Source: an uncultured Clostridia bacterium (GTDB taxonomy: Bacteria > Bacillota > Clostridia > TANB77 > CAG-508). From it: a DNA stretch of 64,000 nt. The stretch lies in contig CAKPFO010000005.1 in NCBI GenBank assembly GCA_934153805.1, forward strand, positions 3,537-67,536, in the 5' to 3' direction. Below are positions 44,676-55,617 of this stretch, in pieces. Under the pieces are notes generated by a model. It was not told the origin of the DNA and searched no databases. It worked only from the letters and a program-made list of their open reading frames with translations. The position numbers and the translations under genes are program-made. Numbering within the stretch: the stretch's first letter is position 1; each line of letters starts with the position of its first letter.

Positions 44676-47600
44676 TTAATTAAGATCATCTTCTCCTAAA
44701 TCTGAATCGAAAATTGAATCATCTTCGTCTAATTCTTCAAACAATTCATCTTCATCTGTATCTAGAAGCATTTCTTCTGTATCCTCATCTGCTTCTATAT
44801 AATTGTCCTCTAATTCAGATTCGTCAAGAACATTTTCTCCTACTTTTGCATCTTCGTAATCTATTCCCTCATCAATATGTTCTTTTAATTCTAGTTCTTC
44901 ATTTTGTTCAGAATATAGACGTATATCTAATCCTAAAGATTGAAGTTCTTTAATTAATACTTTAAATGATTCTGGAACTCCTGGTTCAGGAATATTTTCA
45001 CCTTTGACAATTGCTTCATATGTTTTAACACGTCCAACAACGTCATCTGATTTAACTGTTAACATTTCTTGTAATGTGTAAGCTGCACCATATGCTTCTA
45101 GTGCCCAAACCTCCATCTCTCCGAAACGTTGTCCACCGAATTGAGCTTTACCTCCAAGTGGTTGTTGTGTTACTAGTGAGTATGGACCAGTTGAACGAGC
45201 ATGTATCTTATCATCTACTAAGTGATGTAGTTTTAACATGTACATAACACCAACTGTAACTGGGTTATCAAATTTTTCACCTGTACGTCCATCATATACA
45301 ACTGCTTTTCCGTCTTCTCTTAGTCCTGCTTCTTTTAGTAATTCTTTTATTTCTTCGTCTGTAGCACCATCAAATACTGGTGTTGCCACTTTCCAGCCTA
45401 AAGCTTTTGCTGCCATACCTAAGTGAACTTCTAGAACTTGACCTAAGTTCATACGAGAAGGTATACCTTGTGGGTTTAGTACTATATCTACTGGAGTACC
45501 GTCTTCTAAGAATGGCATGTCTTCAACTGGAAGTATTCTTGAAATAACACCTTTGTTACCATGACGTCCGGCCATTTTATCACCAACAGAGATTTTTCTC
45601 TTTGTTGCAATATAACAACGAATTACTTGGTTAACACCAGGTCCTAATTCATCTGAATTATCTCTAGTAAATATTTTAACGTCTACTATTGTTCCAGCTT
45701 CACCATGTGGAACTCTTAAAGATGTATCTCTAACTTCTCTTGCTTTTTCTCCAAATATTGCACGAAGTAATCTTTCTTCTGCTGTAAGTTCTGTTTCTCC
45801 TTTTGGAGTAACTTTACCTACTAATATGTCTCCTGGTCTTACTTCTGCACCTATTCTTATAATTCCGTTTTCATCTAGGTCTTTTAATGTATCGTCTCCG
45901 ACATTTGGAATATCACGAGTGATTTCTTCTGGACCTAATTTTGTATCACGACATTCGCAATCATATTCTTCAATATGTATAGATGTATAAACATCTTCTT
46001 TAACTAATCTTTCGCTAATTAATACAGCATCTTCGTAGTTGTAACCTTCCCAAGTTGTAAAAGCTATTAAAACATTTCTTCCTAAAGCCATTTCTCCATT
46101 TTTTGTAGATGGTCCATCAGCTAAAATATCTCCTGCTTTAACTTTTTCTCCTCTTGTTACAACTGGTCTTTGGTTAATACACGTACCACCATTTGTTCTT
46201 TTGAACTTACGTAACTTATATGTATCTATTTCATTCTTTTTATTACGTACTTTTACTTCGTCTGCTGTTACTTTTTCTACAATACCCTCATTAATTGCAG
46301 TAATTGTAATTCCAGAGTCTCTTGCTGCTCTGTATTCAATTCCTGTTCCAACTATTGGAGATTCTGGCATAAGTAGTGGAACTGCTTGACGTTGCATGTT
46401 AGAACCCATAAGTGAACGTTTAACGTCATCATGCTCTAAGAATGGTATCATAGCTGCTGCTACAGAAACTAATTCTTTTGGTGAAACATCAACATAGTCA
46501 ACTTGTTCTCTATCAACCTCTGTAATTTCTTCTCTATGACGTACACGAATTCTTTTATGTACAAATTTTCCTTCTTCATCTAGTGGTTCAGAAGCTTGTG
46601 CAATTATGTATTTGTCTTCTTCATCAGCTGGCATATATTCTACTATATCTGTTACTTTACCTGTTTCTTTATCTACTTTTCTATATGGTGTTTCAATAAA
46701 TCCATATTCATTTATAATAGCAAATGATGAAAGTGCTGATATAAGACCTATATTTGGTCCTTCTGGAGACTCTACAGGGCAAAGTCTTCCATAATGTGTA
46801 TAGTGAATATCACGAACCTCGAATCCTGCTCTTTCACGAGAAAGTCCTCCAGGTCCTAATGCTGAAATTCTTCTTTTATGTGTAAGTTCAGACAATGGGT
46901 TTGTTTGGTCCATAAATTGTGATAATTGTGAACTTCCAAAGAATTCTCTTATTGATGATGTTATAGGTTTTGTGTTTATTAATGTCTGTGGAGTTACAAC
47001 ATCTAAGTCTTGAATTGTCATTCTTTCACGAACAACTCTTTCAAGTCTTGTTAAACCAATTCTAAATTGATTTTGTAACAATTCTCCAACACATCTAATA
47101 CGTCTGTTTCCTAAATGGTCAATATCATCTACATTTCCTAAACCATGATCTAAGTTTAATAAATAACTAATTGAAGCAATTATATCTTCATTTGTTATAT
47201 GTTTAGGAACTAATTCTTCTTTTCTTTCTTCTAATACTTTGTGTAAATCTTTTGCATCTGTTGTATCTAATATAGATTTTAATACTTCATAATTTACTTC
47301 TTCTTTAAAATGTAAGTCTGAGATATCCACATCTGTTACAACTTTGTGAATATTTACTGTTCCATTTCCTATAATTCTTACTTTTTTGTCATTTACTTTA
47401 ACATCTACAATATTTAAACCAGTATTTTGTATTTCTTCTGCTACATCTGCTGATATAACTGAATCTTTTTCTACAAGTACCTCTCCTGTAGATGGATCTA
47501 TAATGTCTTCAAAAGCAACTAAGCCTGTTATTCTAGTAGCTAAACTTAATTTTTTGTTAAACTTATATCTACCTACTTTTGCTAAATCATATCTTCTTTC

Positions 47601-48389
47601 ATCGAAGAATAATCCATTAAATAAATTTCTAGCAGCATCAACTGTTGGTAATTCACCTGGTCTTAATTTTTTGTATATTTCTATTAAGGCTTCTTCGCTA
47701 GTTTTTATTGGGTCTTTTGCTATAGTTGCAGTAAGTTTTGACTCTTCTCCAAATAATTCTAATATTTGTTCATCTGTTGTAAGACCAATTGCTCTTAATA
47801 AACAAGTTACAGGTATTTTTCTTGTTCTATCTACTCTTGCCCAGAATACATCATTGCTGTCTGTTTCGTACTCTATCCAAGCACCACGAATAGGCATAAC
47901 TGTTGATGTAAAAATCTTTTTACCAGTTTTGTCAAATTCAGATGCATAGTAACATCCTGGTGAACGTACTAACTGGCTAACTACAACTCTCTCTGCACCA
48001 TTAATGATGAAAGTTCCACTCTCTGTCATTACTGGGAAATCTCCAAGATAAATTTCTTGTTCTTTAATTTCTCCTGTTTCACGGTTAATTAAACGAACCT
48101 TAACATGTAATCTTGTAGAATAAGTAGCATCTCTTTCTTTTGCTTCTTCAACTGAATATTTAGTTTTCTCCTCCATGTAATAATCGAAAAATTCAAGAAC
48201 TAAGTTTCCAGAGTAATCTACGATTGGAGATATATCTTTTAAAACTTCTCCTAATCCTTCTTCTACGAACCAATCGTAAGAATCTTTTTGAACCTTAATA
48301 AGGTTTGGCATTTCTATAAAATCGCCAATTTTCGCAAACGTTTTACGTGTGCATTTTTCATGTTTGATATCCTTTACCAAAACAATCAC
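44676..48389 (-). CDS. rpoB: DNA-directed RNA polymerase subunit beta, with an ~80-aa acidic C-terminal tail
   Basis: Conserved blocks are present (e.g. [41 protein letters not shown]). The tail after ...LGLDIRLY is rich in D and E. Confidence 0.98.
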   Translation of the reverse strand: MIVLVKDIKHEKCTRKTFAKIGDFIEMPNLIKVQKDSYDWFVEEGLGEVLKDISPIVDYSGNLVLEFFDYYMEEKTKYSVEEAKERDATYSTRLHVKVRLINRETGEIKEQEIYLGDFPVMTESGTFIINGAERVVVSQLVRSPGCYYASEFDKTGKKIFTSTVMPIRGAWIEYETDSNDVFWARVDRTRKIPVTCLLRAIGLTTDEQILELFGEESKLTATIAKDPIKTSEEALIEIYKKLRPGELPTVDAARNLFNGLFFDERRYDLAKVGRYKFNKKLSLATRITGLVAFEDIIDPSTGEVLVEKDSVISADVAEEIQNTGLNIVDVKVNDKKVRIIGNGTVNIHKVVTDVDISDLHFKEEVNYEVLKSILDTTDAKDLHKVLEERKEELVPKHITNEDIIASISYLLNLDHGLGNVDDIDHLGNRRIRCVGELLQNQFRIGLTRLERVVRERMTIQDLDVVTPQTLINTKPITSSIREFFGSSQLSQFMDQTNPLSELTHKRRISALGPGGLSRERAGFEVRDIHYTHYGRLCPVESPEGPNIGLISALSSFAIINEYGFIETPYRKVDKETGKVTDIVEYMPADEEDKYIIAQASEPLDEEGKFVHKRIRVRHREEITEVDREQVDYVDVSPKELVSVAAAMIPFLEHDDVKRSLMGSNMQRQAVPLLMPESPIVGTGIEYRAARDSGITITAINEGIVEKVTADEVKVRNKKNEIDTYKLRKFKRTNGGTCINQRPVVTRGEKVKAGDILADGPSTKNGEMALGRNVLIAFTTWEGYNYEDAVLISERLVKEDVYTSIHIEEYDCECRDTKLGPEEITRDIPNVGDDTLKDLDENGIIRIGAEVRPGDILVGKVTPKGETELTAEERLLRAIFGEKAREVRDTSLRVPHGEAGTIVDVKIFTRDNSDELGPGVNQVIRCYIATKRKISVGDKMAGRHGNKGVISRILPVEDMPFLEDGTPVDIVLNPQGIPSRMNLGQVLEVHLGMAAKALGWKVATPVFDGATDEEIKELLKEAGLREDGKAVVYDGRTGEKFDNPVTVGVMYMLKLHHLVDDKIHARSTGPYSLVTQQPLGGKAQFGGQRFGEMEVWALEAYGAAYTLQEMLTVKSDDVVGRVKTYEAIVKGENIPEPGVPESFKVLIKELQSLGLDIRLYSEQNEELELKEHIDEGIDYEDAKVGENVLDESELEDNYIEADEDTEEMLLDTDEDELFEELDEDDSIFDSDLGEDDLN

Positions 48390-48921
48390 TCCTAAATAAA
48401 ATTTAAGCAGATATAAATTTATGGCATTATATGCCTCTTTTGAATAAATATATATTTTGAAAAAAAGTCCTTCTCATATTTTGCTTTCTATATTTGCTTA
48501 CACTTTCCTGCTTATAAAAAGTTTACACCAATATAAAAAACTAATACAATTCCTCTTTTTTTCTAATTTACTTGATTTTGAAATTAGACCACAAAAAGAC
48601 AAACCCGCTTTAATTATTTTTTTCTGCTGGTTCTGCCTTAACTTTTGTTATCCCTTTTTCTAAAATGTTTCTTTTTAATATTAATCAGCCCCTATTTTTA
48701 TATATGTTTGGAGCAGTTTAACATTATGTTCCTCATATGTAAAGCGTAAAACTGCTTATACATTTTTATTATACTGTATTTCTAGTAGGCTTGTCAATAA
48801 AAATTTGAAATATTTTCACTTTATTTTTTGTGTTTCTGTCTTATTTTATGATGTTCTATTTTTAGTTTTTTAATATTTTATCTATATGACTTTCTTTTTT
48901 ATTTTTCAACTTTTACCTCAT

Positions 48922-48967
48922 ATTAAAATTAAAGGTTGGATGTTTTTTTCCAACCTTTAATTTTAAT
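48922..48967. terminator. 19-bp perfect-stem hairpin (bidirectional terminator candidate)
   Basis: ATTAAAATTAAAGGTTGGA-N8-TCCAACCTTTAATTTTAAT, downstream of gene 49035..50453. Confidence 0.55.
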
Positions 48968-49034
48968 GTTTTTATAAATTTTAATTTCAACCACTTTTTA
49001 ATGTATCGCTGTCAAGCGTTCAGTTTTCAGCGTC

Positions 49035-50453
49035 CTATTTTATATAAAGTGCGACCCTGAAGCCGAAGTTCGTGTAAGTAAGGGCTGCATAACCGTAGTA
49101 ACGAAAACATGCAGGGTTAGAACCAAACGCACTGTAGAAGCTGCCACCACGAAGCATGTGTGTGTTTACGTCAAAATTCGTTTTTGAGTAATTACCATAG
49201 CTTGCTACATATGATGCCTCTGTGGTCCACTCCCATAGGTTTCCTGCCACATCATATACATTTTTTCTTTTTGCTTTATCTGATGCTCCTGTTGATAATA
49301 ATACATATGGATAATTTGTAATTCTTGTTCCAGATTTTTGTCCACTAGTTATAGCTTTAAAGCCATCTGTTGTTCCACTTGAATTTACATTTGTGTAATA
49401 TCCTCTATCTAAATTTATTGAAGAATCATTATAGTTTCCCCATGTTCCACTTGATGTGTATTCACTTGAGCTTGCTATATACTGTACCATTACATCCCAC
49501 ATTGTTCCTGTTACTAGCCCGCTAGTTACTGCTCCATTTCCTTTATACATTCTTTTACTCATTTCTATTGCTGTAAAATAGTTTGCATGATACCATGGTA
49601 TTTCATTTGCTTTTGATGTTGGCTTTGCTGTATTTGATACTTTTTCTTTAGTATATACATCTGACTGCCATCCCCAGCTATAAGTACTGTTAGTTGTTGC
49701 AGTTACTGCCTGCATAGGGTTACTAACTTCTGAGTCTCCTAGGCCTGCTTCATACCTTGCTATATAAAATCCACCGTATTTTTCTATTTGTGTTTCCTCT
49801 TCTGCCTCCGTTTGGTCATCCCAACCAGCATTCGCATAATTTGCTCCAAAATTAGTTTTTTTATAGTTTTCTATTGTACATGGTATCCATACAAATTGAT
49901 TACCTTGTAAATCTACTCCTACATCTTTTGCTGTTGTTCCATCATCCTTGTAGCCTGCATATTTATTTTGGTCTTCCTTATTATCTGATATTACTACACC
50001 GGTTGCTTTATTTCCACCTACATAGTAAAATCCATTTGGTACTGGCACTGTTTCTCCACTTCCTGTTGCTACTGCTATTACACTTGCTGTCTTTACTTCT
50101 TTTGTTACTGTTTTTCCGTCTTCTGTTGAAATATATGCAGCAGCCACACTATACCACTCTGCTGGTAATTTTACTTGAGTTCCCATTTCTGTATCTTTTG
50201 TATTTTCTGGCAAACTACCATCTTTTGCCAAGTATGCATTTATTTCATTTAGTTGTTCTTGCTCTACATATTCTTCATTCGCGTATTTTTCTTTAGCAAA
50301 TTTTGCCTTACTAAATAACCCATTATCTCCAAAACCTAAATTAATTGCCACCCCTGCCAAAATAATTAATATAATTATAGTTATAACAAGCGCAATTAAA
50401 GTTATCCCTTTTTGCTTATTTCTTTGTAAAATTTTCACTAAATTTTCCTCCAT
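49035..50453 (-). CDS. pilin-like N-terminal anchor fused to an FGE/SUMF1-type (sulfatase-modifying-factor) domain
   Basis: The N-terminus QKGITLIALVITIIILIILAGVAI is prepilin-like. The C-terminus has GNLWEWT, LRGGSF and GFRVA, which are FGE-sulfatase family motifs. Confidence 0.7.
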   Translation of the reverse strand: MEENLVKILQRNKQKGITLIALVITIIILIILAGVAINLGFGDNGLFSKAKFAKEKYANEEYVEQEQLNEINAYLAKDGSLPENTKDTEMGTQVKLPAEWYSVAAAYISTEDGKTVTKEVKTASVIAVATGSGETVPVPNGFYYVGGNKATGVVISDNKEDQNKYAGYKDDGTTAKDVGVDLQGNQFVWIPCTIENYKKTNFGANYANAGWDDQTEAEEETQIEKYGGFYIARYEAGLGDSEVSNPMQAVTATTNSTYSWGWQSDVYTKEKVSNTAKPTSKANEIPWYHANYFTAIEMSKRMYKGNGAVTSGLVTGTMWDVMVQYIASSSEYTSSGTWGNYNDSSINLDRGYYTNVNSSGTTDGFKAITSGQKSGTRITNYPYVLLSTGASDKAKRKNVYDVAGNLWEWTTEASYVASYGNYSKTNFDVNTHMLRGGSFYSAFGSNPACFRYYGYAALTYTNFGFRVALYIK

Positions 50454-50713
50454 TTTCTTTAGTTTTTACATATCTAATTATCACACAATTATTTTCTAAA
50501 ATCAATAACTTAAATATTACATTTTTATTACAGAAGTCACAGAATAATGGCTATTTAAAATATATACAAAAAATAGTTGAATTATAAGCTTTTCATTACA
50601 TTACTTTGCTTGTGTCACATATCCAAAAGTGCTCCCATACCTTACCCGCATCGCTCCACCATAAAATCCCTTACATAGAAATTTTTTCAAAAATTTTTAT
50701 GCGATTCAAGAAA

Positions 50714-50838
50714 GCTATTAATTTTTAATTAAATTAAGACTGGTGGGGACCGCTTTAGTCTATGTTAATGCGTCAGCATTTACATAGACTTAGTGGGGGG
50801 AGGCTTAATTTAATTAAAAATTAATAGCCTTCCCCCAC
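50714..50838. repeat. nested long palindrome with G-run/C-run insertions
   Basis: The outer 25-bp arms are perfect (50714-50738 and 50804-50828). The inner arms are ~15 bp around a GTCA loop. Two G-rich blocks lie inside, and a C-rich block (CCTTCCCCCAC, 50828-50838) lies outside. Confidence 0.8.
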
Positions 50839-50879
50839 TCATTTTATTTACTTTATCATAATTTAAGCAATCGTTCCAA

Positions 50880-51854
50880 TTATCCCCTAAAAGGTTCTAA
50901 ATTTGCAAGTACCCAACCATGTTCACCAGTAAGAATTATACTATCACAATATTCACATCTACCTGCTGAAGTTATCTTTGTAGGAGCTCCACAATTTGGA
51001 CAATTTGTTGTTTTTATTTCGTCCTCTGCTTGTGTCTTTGTTCCTTTTGTTCTTTCAAATGTTAATTTATAAATTGTATGTCTATCTTCTGTCTTACTTC
51101 CTTCTAATAATTCTTTTGTTGTTGCATCTATTATATAATCTTTCATTGTAGATTTTAGTGCAACCTCTAATATTTCTTTATCTTCTGTAACTCTAAAATT
51201 ATACAAATAAGCATAATCTACAGCAATTCTATCCATTACATTAATTCTATTCGTGTCAATATAACCCTGAACTTGAGATTTATGTTGTTCAAATAATTCT
51301 GGTGTTTCAAACAATCTCATAGGTTCCCAGTCTCTTGCAGTCCAAGCATTTTGTAATTTTACAAATAATTCTTTTGTAAATGATATAAATTTTTCTTCTG
51401 AGAATAACTCATCTACATTAGTAATTTGATTTGCTACTTGTAATGATTTTTCTTTGCTTATTCCTGATGTATTTGTAGTATTAGGTCTATACATGTTTCT
51501 AGGAGCTTTAATTGTTCCTGTTCCTTTATGTTTTTTAGAGTAGACAATAAGTAAAATTATTATAATTATAGCTATTAGTCTTCCTCCATTGCTTCCTAAT
51601 AGTAAACCTATTAAAAATCCTAAATCTCCGCTACTACTTGAGCTACTATAGTCATCCCAATCCCAGCTGCTAGATGAACTACTCCAATCACTATCCCAGC
51701 TTGATGAGCTACCCCAGTCGCTACTAGAACCACTATCATATCTGTCAAAACTACCTACATCAGCAAATGTATAGCTAGAAATTGCTATAACTGTAATTGT
51801 TATTAGCATTATTGCACATTTTTTTAATCTATCTAATTTCATTTTTAACCTCAT
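50880..51854 (-). CDS. Tim44-like domain protein with an S/D/W-rich repeat and a C-terminal zinc ribbon
   Basis: It has a signal/TM segment, SSSDWGSSSSWDSDWSSSSSSWDWDDYSSSSSSGD, a second TM segment, a Tim44-like region, and CPNCGA...CEYC. Confidence 0.6.
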   Translation of the reverse strand: MRLKMKLDRLKKCAIMLITITVIAISSYTFADVGSFDRYDSGSSSDWGSSSSWDSDWSSSSSSWDWDDYSSSSSSGDLGFLIGLLLGSNGGRLIAIIIIILLIVYSKKHKGTGTIKAPRNMYRPNTTNTSGISKEKSLQVANQITNVDELFSEEKFISFTKELFVKLQNAWTARDWEPMRLFETPELFEQHKSQVQGYIDTNRINVMDRIAVDYAYLYNFRVTEDKEILEVALKSTMKDYIIDATTKELLEGSKTEDRHTIYKLTFERTKGTKTQAEDEIKTTNCPNCGAPTKITSAGRCEYCDSIILTGEHGWVLANLEPFRG

Positions 51855-52092
51855 TTCTTATCACTCACATTTTATCTATTCTTTAGTACATTTTCTTTCT
51901 AATATAAGCTTAACTTTATTATTCATTTTTGTCAATAATATATATCTTATTTTGCAATAATATTTAATTCAAAAATTTTAATTTCACAATTCTATAGACT
52001 TTATAATTGTGTTTTAAAATAATGCTAGACAATATCTAAAACTTATAGTAAAATAATATTCGGTTTTATAATATTAACAAAGGAGAATTTTT

Positions 52093-52584
52093 ATGTTTTT
52101 AAAATATTTAGTAGTTTTTTTAGTGTCAATGGTACCACTTATAGAGCTTAGAGGAGCCGTTCCAATCGGACTTAGTCCTTTACTTGGAGATGCCCTTCCT
52201 ATTTTTCCTCTTTACATTACTTGTATTATTGGAAATATGCTTCCTGTTCCTATTATATTTTTCTTTGCAAGAAAAGTTCTTGTATGGGGAGCAGATAAAA
52301 AATATATAGGAAAGTTTTTTAAATTTTGCTTAGAAAAAGGCGAAAAAGGCGGAAAAAAATTACAAGAAAAAGCAGGACGTGGACTATATGTTGCATTATT
52401 TCTTTTTGTAGGTATTCCTCTTCCAGGTACAGGAGCTTGGACAGGAACACTTGCAGCCAGTCTTTTAGATATGGACTTTAAAAAGAGTTCTATTGCTATT
52501 ATGTGTGGTGTCGTTCTTGCTGGTATAATAATGGGATTAGCGTCTGCTGGAGTATTTGGTGCATTAGGAGCATTTATTAGTTAA
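52093..52584 (+). CDS. small multidrug-export-like membrane protein (COG2426 family)
   Basis: Signature PLIELRGAVPIG near the N-terminus, with 4-5 TM segments. Confidence 0.65.
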   Translation: MFLKYLVVFLVSMVPLIELRGAVPIGLSPLLGDALPIFPLYITCIIGNMLPVPIIFFFARKVLVWGADKKYIGKFFKFCLEKGEKGGKKLQEKAGRGLYVALFLFVGIPLPGTGAWTGTLAASLLDMDFKKSSIAIMCGVVLAGIIMGLASAGVFGALGAFIS

Positions 52585-52615
52585 ATTAACAATTAATAAT
52601 CTCAAAAACAATATT

Positions 52616-52678
52616 AATTGGGACTGAGTTATTTTACACCACTTTTCAAAAATGTTGTAAAATAACTCAGTCCCAATT
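52616..52678. terminator. 23-bp perfect-stem bidirectional terminator between convergent genes
   Basis: AATTGGGACTGAGTTATTTTACA-N17-TGTAAAATAACTCAGTCCCAATT. Confidence 0.65.
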
Positions 52679-52749
52679 AGTATAATGTGTATTATTTTTT
52701 CGCAGTTTGCTTTGCCTCTTTTGACCTTTTAAGCTTCTATTAGCTACTT

Positions 52750-54774
52750 TTAAAACTCTATTACTACTTTAAATAAATCTCCATCTAAATGTATTTTAAA
52801 GTTTCCGCCTTGTAATTTAGTTAAGCTTTCTGCTATAGAAAGTCCTAACCCGCTTCCTTCAGTATTTCTTGAAGTTTCTCCTCTTACAAATCTTTGCATT
52901 AATTCATCTGCAGATATATTTAGTTTTTCCTTTGATATGTTTTTCAATTCTATTATTGTCTTATCTTTATTTTTTAAAACATCAACATACACTCTTGAAC
53001 CTTTTAACGCATATTTTACAATATTGCTATACATGTTTTCTATTACTCTATATAAATATCTGCTATCTGCATTTATTATAATTTCCTCTTTTGGCATTTT
53101 TAATATTAGTTCTAAGTTATTTTCTTTGAACTTATCCTCATATTCTCCAGATATTTGATTTATTAATTCTTTTACATTTAATTTTTCAATATTAAGTTTA
53201 ATATTTCCAGAAGATGCCTTTGAAGCTTCTACCAAATCTTCTGTTAGTCTTTTTAGCCTTTGTGATTTTTCATCTAATATTTGTAAGTATTGTTTTGTTT
53301 TTTCATTTGGCATTTCTTCTTTTTTTAATAAATCCACATAATTTATTATTGAGGTTAATGGCGTTTTTATATCATGCGATACATTTGTAATAAGTTCAGT
53401 CTTCATTCTTTCACTTTTCAAACTCTCTTCTACTGCTTTTGTAAGCCCACTAGATATTCCATTAATATACTCTGCTATCTGTTTTAAATCTCTTTCGAAA
53501 TTTGTACAATCTATCTTTACATTTTCTTTTCCTTCGTATATATTTTTCAAAGCATTTGCTATACTACTTAATTGCTTTGTATATTTTAGTAATAGATATA
53601 ATAAGCAAAATACCCAGAAAAATATTAGCGCTACTAATCCAATTCCTGTTTCTATAGTTGATATTAATATACAACTAATTATTATAAAAGCTATATAATA
53701 TATTATAAGCTTTGTAGAAGCTTTTCTGTTCAAAAAAATTACTTCATTTATGCTTTTTATTTTTATTTTTAGCCAATTATAGATTTTATAAATTAACAAA
53801 CTTTTAATTAGAGTACCTGTTTTTATTCTCTTTATTGTAGTTACACCTAATACTGCACAAGCTATATATGCTGTAAAATATCCTGCTAAAAATACTATTT
53901 GTGCATATATTCTATAATTTGAATAATAACTATCAATTCCTGCACATGCAATAAAGCTACTAAATATTATAATTGCCACAGCAATTGCTAAAATTATCTC
54001 ATAGTAGAATTTATCAATTGCATTTAAATATATTCCTTCTTCATGTTTTTTATATCCTATTGACCATATTAAATATACTGCTATTGTAAACAAAAGAATT
54101 ATTGAAACTATCATCATATTTATTGGCAATTTTCCCATTAAACTTACACTATCATATACTCCTTTATCTATAGCCACATTATAATTTTCTTCTGCCTTTG
54201 TGACATTTAGTCCCAAATATATATTATACTCATTTTGTAAGATATCCTCTGTTACTTCAATTCCATACCTATAACTTAATCCATTTTGGCTAATTTGTTC
54301 AAAACTAGTCTCTATTTTTCCATTTTCTTTATACCAATAATATTGATTTGCTTTTAGTTCTTCTATTTTTTTACTATAATCATCAGCTTGAACATTAGTA
54401 TAAACTACTCCATCTTTTCTAATTGCAACATATTCTATATATCCTTCGTTTCTATAATTTCTTTCATAATAAATATTGTTTGATACATTTCTAACTAAAA
54501 CATATCCTGCTCTATAAATTACATCTTCACCATCTAAGTTTTCGTTTCCATCAACATTTAATATTTCTAATCTATTTATTAAATTATGAATACTAGTATA
54601 ATAGTCACCATACACAAATGTATCCGTTTTATAATAATCTTTTTTTGCCAAATCATTTTTATACTGAGTAAAATTCTTTGTGTAAATCATACCCAGCAAA
54701 GATACTAACACTAAAATAGGAATAGCAATATAACATATTATCTTTAGTATACTAGACTTTCTTAACTTTTCCAT
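52750..54774 (-). CDS. sensor histidine kinase
   Basis: H-box NVSHDIKTPLTSI and G-box GSGLGLSIA, with multiple TM segments. The likely start is ATG 54774, after AAAGGAG. Confidence 0.9.
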   Translation of the reverse strand: MEKLRKSSILKIICYIAIPILVLVSLLGMIYTKNFTQYKNDLAKKDYYKTDTFVYGDYYTSIHNLINRLEILNVDGNENLDGEDVIYRAGYVLVRNVSNNIYYERNYRNEGYIEYVAIRKDGVVYTNVQADDYSKKIEELKANQYYWYKENGKIETSFEQISQNGLSYRYGIEVTEDILQNEYNIYLGLNVTKAEENYNVAIDKGVYDSVSLMGKLPINMMIVSIILLFTIAVYLIWSIGYKKHEEGIYLNAIDKFYYEIILAIAVAIIIFSSFIACAGIDSYYSNYRIYAQIVFLAGYFTAYIACAVLGVTTIKRIKTGTLIKSLLIYKIYNWLKIKIKSINEVIFLNRKASTKLIIYYIAFIIISCILISTIETGIGLVALIFFWVFCLLYLLLKYTKQLSSIANALKNIYEGKENVKIDCTNFERDLKQIAEYINGISSGLTKAVEESLKSERMKTELITNVSHDIKTPLTSIINYVDLLKKEEMPNEKTKQYLQILDEKSQRLKRLTEDLVEASKASSGNIKLNIEKLNVKELINQISGEYEDKFKENNLELILKMPKEEIIINADSRYLYRVIENMYSNIVKYALKGSRVYVDVLKNKDKTIIELKNISKEKLNISADELMQRFVRGETSRNTEGSGLGLSIAESLTKLQGGNFKIHLDGDLFKVVIEF

Positions 54775-54799
54775 TTCAATTACTCCTTTCACAATTTTT

Positions 54800-55504
54800 C
54801 TAATCTATTTTTTCTATTTTATAACCTATTCCCCATATAACTTTTAAATATTTAGGTTCTTTAGGATTAATTTCTATTTTTTCTCTTATATGCCTTATGT
54901 GTACAGCAATAATATTATCAGCTCCATAAGCTTCATCTTCCCACACATTTTCATAAATTTGCTCTATTGAATATACTTTTCCTTTATTTTTAGTTAAAAA
55001 TTTTAAAATATTGTATTCTGTAGGAGTCAGCTTTATCTCTACACCATCAACTGTAACCTGTTTTGTATCATCTTTTATTATTAGTTCTCCTGATTTATAT
55101 ATGTTCTTATTTTCATTTTCTTTGTCTGCAATTGAACCTAGTCTTGTATATCTTCTTATTTGTGAATTTACTCTAGCTATTAATTCCATTGGATTAAATG
55201 GTTTTGTAACATAGTCATCCGCTCCATTATTAAGTCCAGAGACTTTGTCATAATCCTCGGATTTTGCTGAAAGCATAATAATTGGAATACTTTTATTTTT
55301 TCTTACCTCATTTGCCACCGTTATTCCATCCATTTTAGGCATCATTATATCTAAAATGATTAAATGTATTTCATTCATTTCTAATTTTTCTAAAGCTTCT
55401 TTTCCATCATAAGCTTTTACTATGTTATATCCTTCTTTACTTAAATAAATTTCTATTGCACTCACAATCTCTTTATCATCATCACACACTAATATATTGT
55501 ACAT
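54800..55504 (-). CDS. OmpR-family response regulator
   Basis: The receiver domain has DD...D (ILDIMMPKMDG) and K. The C-terminal winged helix ends ...LKVIWGIGYKIE. Confidence 0.9.
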   Translation of the reverse strand: MYNILVCDDDKEIVSAIEIYLSKEGYNIVKAYDGKEALEKLEMNEIHLIILDIMMPKMDGITVANEVRKNKSIPIIMLSAKSEDYDKVSGLNNGADDYVTKPFNPMELIARVNSQIRRYTRLGSIADKENENKNIYKSGELIIKDDTKQVTVDGVEIKLTPTEYNILKFLTKNKGKVYSIEQIYENVWEDEAYGADNIIAVHIRHIREKIEINPKEPKYLKVIWGIGYKIEKID

Positions 55505-55593
55505 ATCCTCTTCTTCCTTTCTCTCTGCTATAAGTATAACACAGATTTATTAAATAAAAATAGAGCAATTATTAATTTTTTATTAACAAAAAG

Positions 55594-55617
55594 TCGAAAA
55601 GGGACGCCCCTTTTCGA
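55594..55617 (-). terminator. GC-rich terminator after the AI-2E permease gene
   Basis: TCGAAAAGGG-ACGC-CCCTTTTCGA, followed by a T run on the minus strand. Confidence 0.6.

Noticed and set aside
40978-47949. Plus-strand ORFs inside rpoC and rpoB (e.g. 40978..41364, 42652..42954, 47386..47949)
   Set aside because: They lie antisense to two highly conserved genes, have S/L/F/I-rich low-complexity translations and lack an RBS. They are shadow ORFs typical of AT-rich DNA.
48457-48663. 68-aa plus-strand ORF in the region upstream of rpoB
   Set aside because: It has a TTG start with no RBS and an F/L-rich composition, and it lies in a region that otherwise reads as leader or intergenic sequence.
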